Shown one piece after another: positions 23,551 to 30,338 of a stretch of 38,747 bases of DNA (the stretch's first letter is position 1; each line of letters starts with the position of its first letter). Position numbers and translations under genes: made by a program. The notes under the pieces are model-generated. The model had not been told where the DNA came from and searched no databases. It saw nothing but the letters and a program-made list of their open reading frames with translations. This DNA is from a virus. The stretch lies in the IMG/VR virus record IMGVR_UViG_3300012943_000019, positions 1 to 38,747 of that record; one strand, written 5' to 3'.

Positions 23551-24263
23551 GTCGGGGTCTTACCGGAGGCCAGAAGGGCGCGGGGCGGGTGATAGCCGTA
23601 GACGCCTGGGTGAACCGTCTTACCGTAAACAATGCAGTTCTTGTTTCGGCAGTAGCCGTTCTCCGCCCTGGACATACATTCTAGGCATTGCGGTACCAGC
23701 TCCACCTCCCCGCTCCTGGCTTCACGGGAGCGGCCCAGCACGACGTTCTCGCGCATATCCTCCAGCAGCCCCTCGAACTCGGTGATGTCGAACGGCTCGT
23801 CGCCCTTCCCGAGATTATCGGCCCAGTAGGCTTGCATCCAGTCGAAGGCTTGCTCCGCTTCGCTCGGTTCAGGCTCGGGGTAGCACAGGCTACAGGTGCC
23901 CCCGAATTCCCCCTCTCCCAAATACGTCTGCCCGGTCCCGCCGCATTTCGAGCAATTCGGGTTGTAGTGCGCCTCGGGGTCCGGCGTCTCTCCCTCGGCG
24001 GCTGCGGGCTGCTGGTAATAGCGGTAGTCTGCGGGTTGTATCGGTTCGCGGTCTTCCTCGACCTCGACGATCCTGCGGCAATGGTGGGGAGCGATCTTCG
24101 CAAGGATCGCGTCAGCCATATCGTCGGGCTCGTAGGGTGGCTCGGGAAGGGGAGGCTGGAACATGCCCAAAGCGTTGTAGATCCGCTCCAGAGCCAATTC
24201 CCAATCGCAGGGCGCGGCGGCTGCGGAGTCCTGGACCGAGGGGGTGGGATTTTCGTTGCTCAT
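23547..24263 (-). CDS. Hypothetical acidic, Pro/Cys-containing protein (238 aa)
   Basis: Start moved to ATG 24263 (SD AAGGAG, ATGA with the upstream stop). Contains CSKCGGTGQ...CSLC and CLEC...C..KNC motifs. Confidence 0.6.
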   Translation of the reverse strand: MSNENPTPSVQDSAAAAPCDWELALERIYNALGMFQPPLPEPPYEPDDMADAILAKIAPHHCRRIVEVEEDREPIQPADYRYYQQPAAAEGETPDPEAHYNPNCSKCGGTGQTYLGEGEFGGTCSLCYPEPEPSEAEQAFDWMQAYWADNLGKGDEPFDITEFEGLLEDMRENVVLGRSREARSGEVELVPQCLECMSRAENGYCRNKNCIVYGKTVHPGVYGYHPPRALLASGKTPT

Positions 24264-24670
24264 AGATTCTCCTTGGGCGCTTCGGCTGCCCGATTCCCTC
24301 TGGGTTTTAGTTTTATCTCGCTCTCGGGCCACTGCATCACGCGCTTCAAGGCGTTTCCCATCTTTTCTGCGACCACGCAATGTTCCCGGCTTACGCCGTA
24401 GGTCGTAACGTGCTCCATCCCGCCCTCGCCAGTCTTTCGAGCCATGACCACAATCTGATCGTACCCGTAATTCACGGCGATTCTTTTTGCCGCAACAATG
24501 GGTATCCGGCACGGGTACGGCTTCATAGATGGCTCTGCTTCCGCAACCATCCTTAGGCGACTAACCGCTTCGGCGACAACAAAGCGATCAAATACGACCT
24601 CGCCTTTCACCATGCGCTCCATTCGGAACGCCAATTCACGGGTGCTAATTTCTTCTAGTGGGTTGCTCAT
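24260..24670 (-). CDS. Hypothetical protein (136 aa)
   Basis: ORF coupled to the downstream gene. No motif recognised. Confidence 0.6.
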   Translation of the reverse strand: MSNPLEEISTRELAFRMERMVKGEVVFDRFVVAEAVSRLRMVAEAEPSMKPYPCRIPIVAAKRIAVNYGYDQIVVMARKTGEGGMEHVTTYGVSREHCVVAEKMGNALKRVMQWPESEIKLKPRGNRAAEAPKENL

Positions 24671-24704
24671 GGCGTCTCCGTGGTGTAGGTAGGGGGAAGG
24701 GGGC

Positions 24705-25439
24705 TCAAATTCTGCATACTCGGCATTGCATGTCCTTTAGTTCACGGTTAATACTTTGCGTCGGAACATCGCCAGCCTCGAAGCGGAGGCGAAGGCCCTC
24801 CATGCTCACGGGCCATGTATCCCGGCCCGGGCTTCGAAAAGTGTGCCCCATTTCTTTTTCAATGGCCTCGCCCTCGGCCCACTCCTTCGGGAAATCCCTC
24901 CAGAACCGCCACCATTCCGCGAGGCGCTGGAAGAAACACACGTCGCAATCGGTTCGCGGGGGAATCACGATATTTTTGGAATCGAGGTATGCGCGCACGT
25001 CCCCGATCCCCCAATTCCACTCGCGCATGGGGAACCGCATTTCCACGCCCGGCACCATCTTGTAGTCGCCGCCCTCGCGCCCTTCCTCGTCCGCCCGCAG
25101 CCCCACGTAGCTGACGATACGGTCGTATTTCTCGGTCTGCTTCATCAGCCACGCCGCATAGGGTTCGATCTTCAACATCCGGGTGCAAAAGCGTTGCCGG
25201 AAATTCGGGATCGTTTTCTCCTGGCGAATAAGGCTGAAAAGGGAGCCGCCGACCACGGGGGTTAACGGCTTGCCCAGAAGTACGGCGAGGCGCTTCCAAT
25301 GCTCGAACATCACCGGAAGCTCACGCCCGGTTGGCGTGCACACGTAGGTGTAGTCGAGCGGGACTATTTCCGCAAGGCGAAGCGCGAGGGCGGTGCTGTC
25401 CTTGCCCCCAGAAAGGGCGACTACGTGCAGCGTGCTCAC
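24705..25439 (-). CDS. PAPS-reductase-family PP-loop enzyme
   Basis: GTG at 25439 overlaps the upstream stop (GTGA). PP-loop VALSGGKDST. RFCTRMLKIEP block and a C-terminal Cys pair CRVC. Confidence 0.75.
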   Translation of the reverse strand: MSTLHVVALSGGKDSTALALRLAEIVPLDYTYVCTPTGRELPVMFEHWKRLAVLLGKPLTPVVGGSLFSLIRQEKTIPNFRQRFCTRMLKIEPYAAWLMKQTEKYDRIVSYVGLRADEEGREGGDYKMVPGVEMRFPMREWNWGIGDVRAYLDSKNIVIPPRTDCDVCFFQRLAEWWRFWRDFPKEWAEGEAIEKEMGHTFRSPGRDTWPVSMEGLRLRFEAGDVPTQSINRELKDMQCRVCRI

Positions 25440-25936
25440 TTCCCGCCCCCGGAGGAGCGGAGAGCCCGCTGGTAAATTCGAATTAAGGCTGATGCGGCCG
25501 CGCCGTCCCCGGCCTGCGCCATCGTTTCGACGTGCTTTAAGGTTCCCCACGCCTCGCGTTCCAAGGCCAAGAGTTCCAGCGCCTCCGGGGCCACCGGCGC
25601 TACGGGGGAGGCGTACAGGGGGACGGTATACAGCTTGACGCGATCCCAGTTGTACTTTTCGCCTTCCGTTTTATCCAAGGCCGTGATAAACACGGTAGGG
25701 GTGTCCGACCGCGTCCACGCCACCACCTCCCCCTGTGGCGCAAGGGCCGCAACGTCGGAGAGGCGGACGAGGGGTTCGGTGTAGTCCGCTCGGTCTTTTT
25801 TCAGGTACTCGTTGGCGGAACCCTCGGCGTACGCCTTTGTGACAGCGGTTATTACGCCTCCACCGGATCCCTCAGGCGCCATCCACGCTACAATGTCGAG
25901 CCCTTCCAGCCCCTTCGGGTTAAATTCCTCTTTCAT
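25436..25936 (-). CDS. Hypothetical protein (166 aa)
   Basis: ORF with ATGA and GTGA coupling on its two sides. Confidence 0.6.
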   Translation of the reverse strand: MKEEFNPKGLEGLDIVAWMAPEGSGGGVITAVTKAYAEGSANEYLKKDRADYTEPLVRLSDVAALAPQGEVVAWTRSDTPTVFITALDKTEGEKYNWDRVKLYTVPLYASPVAPVAPEALELLALEREAWGTLKHVETMAQAGDGAAASALIRIYQRALRSSGGGK

Positions 25937-26436
25937 TTTTTGCCTCCCTCGGTTGATTCAATGATGTTCAGTCGGGCAAATTCGCCGTGATATTTAAGCG
26001 CCGCCTCGTTGTAGGCCATGGCCGCTTCCGTCTCGGACTTGAAATACCCTAGTGCCACACGCTGCCCGCCGCCAATTTTTATTCTGGCGCGGAACTTGTT
26101 TTCGTTTTTGGACCAGCCAACGCCTCTATACTTTGAAGTCCCATCGAGGTTTGGCTTTCGATTTCGGCAGTTCTCCGTAAGAGTGCAGAGGCGAAGGTTT
26201 GCCCTTTGATTGTCCAACTTGTCGCCGTTGATGTGGTCAACGAGGACACCGCTGGCAGCATTCAGTATGGAGCGGTGCATTAATAGATTGCGACGTCTCC
26301 CGTCTGGAACTCGTCGCCGGGCGTAGCCCTTTTCTGTTATGGTCCATTTCCATTGGTTCAGGGGTTCAAAGTCCTCGTCGTCCACCTTTACAAAGGTGTT
26401 CGGGTGCTTCGGAGTTGAAACATCGATCAGCTTCAT
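25933..26436 (-). CDS. HNH endonuclease with C-terminal AP2 DNA-binding domain
   Basis: LLMHRSIL...VDHINGDKLDNQRANLRLCTLTENCRN is the HNH part. YRGVGWSKNENKFRARI...LGYFKSETEAAMAYNEAALKYHGEFARLN is the AP2 part. Confidence 0.75.
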   Translation of the reverse strand: MKLIDVSTPKHPNTFVKVDDEDFEPLNQWKWTITEKGYARRRVPDGRRRNLLMHRSILNAASGVLVDHINGDKLDNQRANLRLCTLTENCRNRKPNLDGTSKYRGVGWSKNENKFRARIKIGGGQRVALGYFKSETEAAMAYNEAALKYHGEFARLNIIESTEGGKK

Positions 26437-26630
26437 TGCGGCCCCCGCGTCCCCGCGCCCCCGCGCTCGGAGGGAACGGGGCGGCGGTCATTCCAGTCTC
26501 GGACGGTAAACCGCTTTCCATACGCAGGGCAAAGAGCGCCATTGCACTCTACCGAAAATTCCAGCGGGGCGGGAACAATTCCGCACCAGGGACACGGCAG
26601 CAGCGCGGCGGGGGTGGTTGATTCGGTCAT
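26433..26630 (-). CDS. Lar-like zinc-ribbon protein (possible restriction alleviation)
   Basis: 65 aa. LLPCPWCG...C......C...FTVRDWNDRRP fits the PCPFCG...WNRR layout of Lar-family proteins as I recall it. Confidence 0.45.
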   Translation of the reverse strand: MTESTTPAALLPCPWCGIVPAPLEFSVECNGALCPAYGKRFTVRDWNDRRPVPSERGGAGTRGPQ

Positions 26631-26899
26631 GGGGTTCCTTTCGTCGGCTTGTTCAGTTCGGCAATCAGGGCGTCGGCATGGCGGACAGCAAATTTTGCTC
26701 TTGCCTCGGGCCGTATGTGATGGGGAGTGTCTTGTAGCTCCTTGAATTCCACGGCTGCCGCCAGCATCCCCTGCATCGCTCTTGCGGCAAACTCGGCGCG
26801 GATCGTGAGCCCACCTTCCGGCAACATCGTTTCTTCATAGCCGGGCCACTTGTCTCGCGTAAAGCCGGGATAAGCCGGTGCGTTCGGGTCGAGCATCAC
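26627..26899 (-). CDS. Hypothetical protein (90 aa)
   Basis: GLTIRAEFAARAMQGMLAA is a motif common in small phage proteins of unknown function. Confidence 0.6.
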   Translation of the reverse strand: MMLDPNAPAYPGFTRDKWPGYEETMLPEGGLTIRAEFAARAMQGMLAAAVEFKELQDTPHHIRPEARAKFAVRHADALIAELNKPTKGTP

Positions 26900-27399
26900 T
26901 CACCCCCGTTCAAAGCGGGAGGTTGGGGAAGCGAAATCCACTTTGGATTAAATTCGAGCATTGCGGCATGGGTGATAATACTTGACCCGTACCACCCCTC
27001 CCCGATTTGGCCCGGAGCCAGATACTTCATGGCCTCGCGGCGATCTCCGAAATCGAACAGAACTTCGGTCCCATCCCTCGGAGCCGTCTCCATGGGCTGC
27101 CACGTCCTCGGTTCTGCGGAGAGGCGGGCGCGGGTTCCTGGCAGGCAAACCTCGACCGGAAGCCCCCTGAATTCATGGATGGTCTTGGAATTCCACTCGT
27201 TGAACTCTTCCAACCACTCTTTATCGTATCGCGCGTCCGGCATCCCTTCCCCCTCATGGGGGGCGGGGAGGGATTCGATGTAGGAGGCGAGGGTGGACAG
27301 GTGAAGTTCACTCTTGATGTACGGCGTGGCGTGATCCTTAGCCCATGCCAGCGCCTCCCGCACCTCCGGGCTCAGTTCATTCGGCAGGGGGGCGGTCAT
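26896..27399 (-). CDS. Hypothetical protein (167 aa) with C-terminal W-x-P-M-E-T-A-P-R-D-G-T module
   Basis: WQPMETAPRDGTEVLF... is a recurrent phage/prophage module of unknown function. Confidence 0.6.
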   Translation of the reverse strand: MTAPLPNELSPEVREALAWAKDHATPYIKSELHLSTLASYIESLPAPHEGEGMPDARYDKEWLEEFNEWNSKTIHEFRGLPVEVCLPGTRARLSAEPRTWQPMETAPRDGTEVLFDFGDRREAMKYLAPGQIGEGWYGSSIITHAAMLEFNPKWISLPQPPALNGGE

Positions 27400-27665
27400 T
27401 TGCAGCCTCTTCCTTGTTCAGCCTTCCAACCCCAAGAGTAGTCGAGGCCGTGCTCTGCGAAGTTTGTGACAATAGATTCCACCACAACACCAGCCGGGCC
27501 GACCACTGTCATCATAACAATGATTCCCAAGTTCTGCCTTTGCCCATATCCAAGTCTCGGCACTTCGCAGTTAGAAAACCATCTTTTGTGCCCATTGACG
27601 AGTCCAAAAGCCAGTATTGAGCAGGCGATCCACCCGATAATCCAAACAAACAAAATCTTCTTCAT
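27396..27665 (-). CDS. Membrane protein (89 aa)
   Basis: Start moved to ATG 27665 (SD AAGGAG). TM segments KILFVWIIGWIACSILAFGLV and LGIIVMMTVVGPAGVVV. Confidence 0.55.
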   Translation of the reverse strand: MKKILFVWIIGWIACSILAFGLVNGHKRWFSNCEVPRLGYGQRQNLGIIVMMTVVGPAGVVVESIVTNFAEHGLDYSWGWKAEQGRGCK

Positions 27666-27667
27666 CG

Positions 27668-27940
27668 TTATTTCTCCTTCTTCTGCACGGGGTAAACCCA
27701 GGTGGTGTCGTAGGTGGTGATAGCCGTGTCTCTGATGGTCAGGATCGTGCACATGGTCCCGTTTTTGGGACAAACGTGGGTATGCTTGACAACCGTGTCC
27801 ACGAAGAAATGCGTGGGTGCCGCTCGCTTGATTTCTGTCGTGATGCTATCCAATTTTGTCATTAACGGAGCAACCCCCGACGCCACAGCGGTGTCGTTCA
27901 TGGGCGCAGCCGCCAGCAGTAGGGCGAGCAGCGCGCTCAT
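27668..27940 (-). CDS. Secreted or periplasmic small protein (90 aa)
   Basis: Start moved to ATG 27940 (ATGA with the upstream stop). Signal-like N-terminus MSALLALLLAAAP. Confidence 0.5.
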   Translation of the reverse strand: MSALLALLLAAAPMNDTAVASGVAPLMTKLDSITTEIKRAAPTHFFVDTVVKHTHVCPKNGTMCTILTIRDTAITTYDTTWVYPVQKKEK

Positions 27941-28185
27941 GGCACCCACCGGGTCGTGTCGGCGCCGCAGACGTACTCCATCCCATCCGCTCCGGTGTAG
28001 TGGCAAGAGGGCTTTACAGGCTCTGTAGGGGTACAGGCAAGGAGGAAAGTGGCGCATAGGATTGCAACCCAAAGCGCAAGATGAAAACGTATCGTGGCGT
28101 CTAGTCTCTGGCAAATGCCGCCGATTACCATGTCGCTCATGACAGCAAACACCCCGAACACCACCCAATCAATCCAGTTGTTCAT
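27937..28185 (-). CDS. Two-TM small membrane protein (82 aa) with internal lipobox-like FLLAC
   Basis: TM1 WIDWVVFGVFAVMSDMVIGGI and TM2 LALWVAILCATFLLAC, followed by a Cys-containing tail. Confidence 0.6.
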   Translation of the reverse strand: MNNWIDWVVFGVFAVMSDMVIGGICQRLDATIRFHLALWVAILCATFLLACTPTEPVKPSCHYTGADGMEYVCGADTTRWVP

Positions 28186-28361
28186 TTCTTCTCCCCCAAG
28201 TGAAATCTAAGGTACGTGTTGTGCCAGTCCGCGATTACATCCGCTACTGTGGGGCGTGGGCCGTCTTTTGCCTTCTCCCATGCGCGAATTCGACGCTTTA
28301 CCTCTGAAACCGCCGCCCTGTTGTCAGCGGCATGAATCCTTGCGAAAGTTGGCTTTTTCAC
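28182..28361 (-). CDS. Hypothetical basic protein (59 aa, VKKPTFARIHAADNRAAVSEVKRRIRAWEK...)
   Basis: Not in the ORF track. GTGA overlap with the pentapeptide gene stop and ATGA overlap with the next start. Confidence 0.4.
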   Translation of the reverse strand: MKKPTFARIHAADNRAAVSEVKRRIRAWEKAKDGPRPTVADVIADWHNTYLRFHLGEKK

Positions 28362-28984
28362 AGTTTCCCCGCCTGCGCCTTGAGTTCTTCGGCCTTCTGG
28401 ATCAATTCATCAGCCTTGGCGAGAAGTTCCGATTTTGCCGGGTTGGCGTCGATCTTAATTCCGGTGATTTCCTCAAAAATATCCGCGTCGAAATTGGGAA
28501 GGGACTTTGTTTTTTCTATGTCCTCCTTCGTCGCCTTCTTCCACAAAGTAGCCCATGCCGCTTTGTAATCGTGAGTTTTCAGGTATCCATCACAAACGTA
28601 GGCTTTCGGCCACTCCTTCTTTTCTTCGGCGGTCATATCCGAGAAGCTAACCCACTCGGTAATTACGAGGTTTTGGAAAATTTCGGGAAGAAGTCCGAAA
28701 GCCTCTTCATGGGTAAGGTTCGTGTCCTTGTTGAACATTCGGGCTTTAGGGGTATCGCTGTTCCAGTAGCCGCTGTTCCAGTAGCCGCTGTTCCAGTTGC
28801 CGCTGTTCCGGTCGCCGCTGTTCCAGTTGCCGCTGTTCCGGTCGCCGCTGTTCCGGTCGCCGCTGTTCCAGTTGCCGCTGTTCCAGTTGCCGCTGTTCCG
28901 GTCGCCGCTGTTCCGGTAGCCGCTGTTCCAGTTGCCGCTGTTCCAGTTGCCCGTATTTTCGATTCCGGTATTGCCTTCTGCCAT
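28358..28984 (-). CDS. Atypical pentapeptide-repeat protein (208 aa): 13 x G-[NDY]-[WR]-N-S plus a globular C-terminal domain
   Basis: MAEGNTGIENT(GNWNS)2 GYRNS GDRNS ... (GYWNS)2 DTPKARMFNK.... SD AAGGAGG and its own sigma70-like promoter upstream. Confidence 0.85.
   Translation of the reverse strand: MAEGNTGIENTGNWNSGNWNSGYRNSGDRNSGNWNSGNWNSGDRNSGDRNSGNWNSGDRNSGNWNSGYWNSGYWNSDTPKARMFNKDTNLTHEEAFGLLPEIFQNLVITEWVSFSDMTAEEKKEWPKAYVCDGYLKTHDYKAAWATLWKKATKEDIEKTKSLPNFDADIFEEITGIKIDANPAKSELLAKADELIQKAEELKAQAGKL
28757..28951. repeat. Tandem repeat of 13 x 15 nt (gctgttccNgtNgcc), in frame within 28358..28984
   Basis: Counted unit by unit. Units differ only at two positions (a/g and a/t/c), giving 4 unit types: 6 x NW, 4 x DR, 2 x YW, 1 x YR. 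Confidence 0.95.
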
Positions 28985-29010
28985 AACGCCTCCTTGTTGG
29001 TGATGAGTAG

Positions 29011-29039
29011 AACTTAGGTTAACGGTGCACGGTTTACAA
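29011..29039 (-). promoter_or_regulatory. Sigma70-like promoter for the pentapeptide-repeat gene
   Basis: Minus-sense TTGTAA (29039..29034), 17-nt spacer, TAAGTT (29016..29011), about 25 nt upstream of the SD. Confidence 0.45.
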
Positions 29040-29089
29040 GCGATTTCTCATTTATTTTTCATCTGCCAAATTTCTTCCAAGCGCCGATT

Positions 29090-29539
29090 TTACAGACTCC
29101 AATACCCCAACGGGTCTTTTCGCCACTTCTCAATCTCGATTACAGCTTCTTCTTTGCTTCTGCAAAGGCGGGTGCCGATCCACTTCTGCCATTTCCGCTG
29201 GCTATCCGTCATTTTGCCGATTAAGGTTTTCGCCTCAATTGGCAGAACAAAACCCCATTGCGCCGGGTCGAAAATCACTAGATCAGGGAAGCCACGGACA
29301 GCGGCGGCGGCATTTATGAGGGCGTAGTTGATTGCGTTTCCATGCGCGAACCCGGCTTTAAGCAACGCGTCTGGTATGCGAAAGTACACCAACCCTTCCC
29401 TATCCAAGTAGTCCTCAATGGACTGCTGGATAATGGCCTCAGGCGTCTTGGCGCGGGCTACAGGCTTCTTGGCCTTCATGGTGGGCGCAAGGGCCAGCCC
29501 GGCGAACCTTGGGTTTACCTTGCCGATCTTTAGAGGCAT
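29090..29539 (-). CDS. VRR-NUC domain nuclease
   Basis: EAIIQQSIEDYL...GFPDLVIF......LPIEAKTLIGKMTDSQRKW matches the PD-(D/E)xK VRR-NUC pattern. Confidence 0.7.
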   Translation of the reverse strand: MPLKIGKVNPRFAGLALAPTMKAKKPVARAKTPEAIIQQSIEDYLDREGLVYFRIPDALLKAGFAHGNAINYALINAAAAVRGFPDLVIFDPAQWGFVLPIEAKTLIGKMTDSQRKWQKWIGTRLCRSKEEAVIEIEKWRKDPLGYWSL

Positions 29540-29590
29540 TGTTTCTCCTTTAGCATTTCCAAGGCCCGAACGTCTAGGGGTTTGAGGACG

Positions 29591-29959
29591 TTAGTCATTA
29601 GGCTTTCCATCAAGGCGTTCTACAAGGTCTGCTATGGCAATATGCGCTGCCAAATTGAAATTACCCAAAGGGAGTTTTATCCCATACTTCCAAAGCCTCT
29701 TGGCTTGAATAAGGATGGCCTGAGATTCTTCATAATCCGAAAATGACTGGATATGGGCGTGTCCGTAATTGTCGTTTGCCCTGCCGTCATTTTTTCTGAA
29801 AGATTTCAGCGAATGATACATCGTCACATAAACAAGCGTTCGGCCAACCTTCTCAATTGTTACGATAGGTGGGACGAAATCGTTTGACCGGCTACGGTTC
29901 TCGTTTATGTCGCGCAAATAAACCTGCTGCCCAACGGCCCATTTTTCTTTATCACTCAT
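29591..29959 (-). CDS. Hypothetical protein (122 aa)
   Basis: Start moved to ATG 29959 (SD GGAG). Confidence 0.55.
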   Translation of the reverse strand: MSDKEKWAVGQQVYLRDINENRSRSNDFVPPIVTIEKVGRTLVYVTMYHSLKSFRKNDGRANDNYGHAHIQSFSDYEESQAILIQAKRLWKYGIKLPLGNFNLAAHIAIADLVERLDGKPND

Positions 29960-30113
29960 TTTCTGCTCCATTCTTGGCTGCCCCCCGCCTTCGGCCACGG
30001 GTGGGCCGGTATGTCCTCTAGCTTATTCCCGTTTGCTAGGTAGCAGCCAAACAAGGCTTTTCTAACAACTTCTGAGAGTATAGGAGCTATGTGTTGGGAG
30101 GTGTCCGTAGCGG

Positions 30114-30293
30114 TTAGGCGTTGCATTGATCTTTGTCCCCCACGTACTCAGGAATCTTTGCAATCATTTCTGCAAAAATGGGTTCCAACCCTTTTCGCGT
30201 CCGCTCAACATATTCGGTATGGGCCTTATTTAGTTCAGAGCAGATTCTTTCCGCGTCCGCAACCATTTGTCTGCCTGAAAGTTCTTTTTTCAT
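30114..30293 (-). CDS. Hypothetical small protein (59 aa, MKKELSGRQMVADAERICSEL...)
   Basis: Not in the ORF track. SD GAGGGGG before ATG 30293. Helical, charged sequence. Confidence 0.45.
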   Translation of the reverse strand: MKKELSGRQMVADAERICSELNKAHTEYVERTRKGLEPIFAEMIAKIPEYVGDKDQCNA

Positions 30294-30338
30294 TTTAAAA
30301 TCCCCCTCTAGGCAGATTTGCCCCTGAAATGAATAACA

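Noticed and set aside
24264-24512. N-terminal extension of ORF 23547..24512 (Arg/Lys/Gly-rich, 83 aa). Similar extensions occur on 24705..25550, 27396..27773, 27668..28168, 36313..36975 and 38092..38334.
   Set aside because: Each extension overlaps the preceding, well-supported gene in another frame. In each case an internal ATG or GTG with an SD and an ATGA/GTGA junction gives a compact, non-overlapping gene.
28757-28951. Possible CRISPR array or non-coding satellite
   Set aside because: The units are contiguous 15-mers with no spacers and are too short for CRISPR repeats. They lie in frame inside an ORF, and their variation is restricted to two codons per unit.
28256-29017. 253-aa plus-strand ORF with (AAVPV)n repeats
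   Set aside because: It is a mirror image of the pentapeptide-repeat gene on the opposite strand. The minus-strand gene has a strong SD, a promoter, coupling to downstream genes and a sensible C-terminal domain, and the plus ORF has none of these.
29540-29590. Hairpin AACGTC-N12-GACGTT right after the stop of 29591..29959, considered as an intrinsic terminator
   Set aside because: The stem is only 6 bp and no U-tract follows. It sits a few nt before the SD of the next gene in what looks like a continuous operon.
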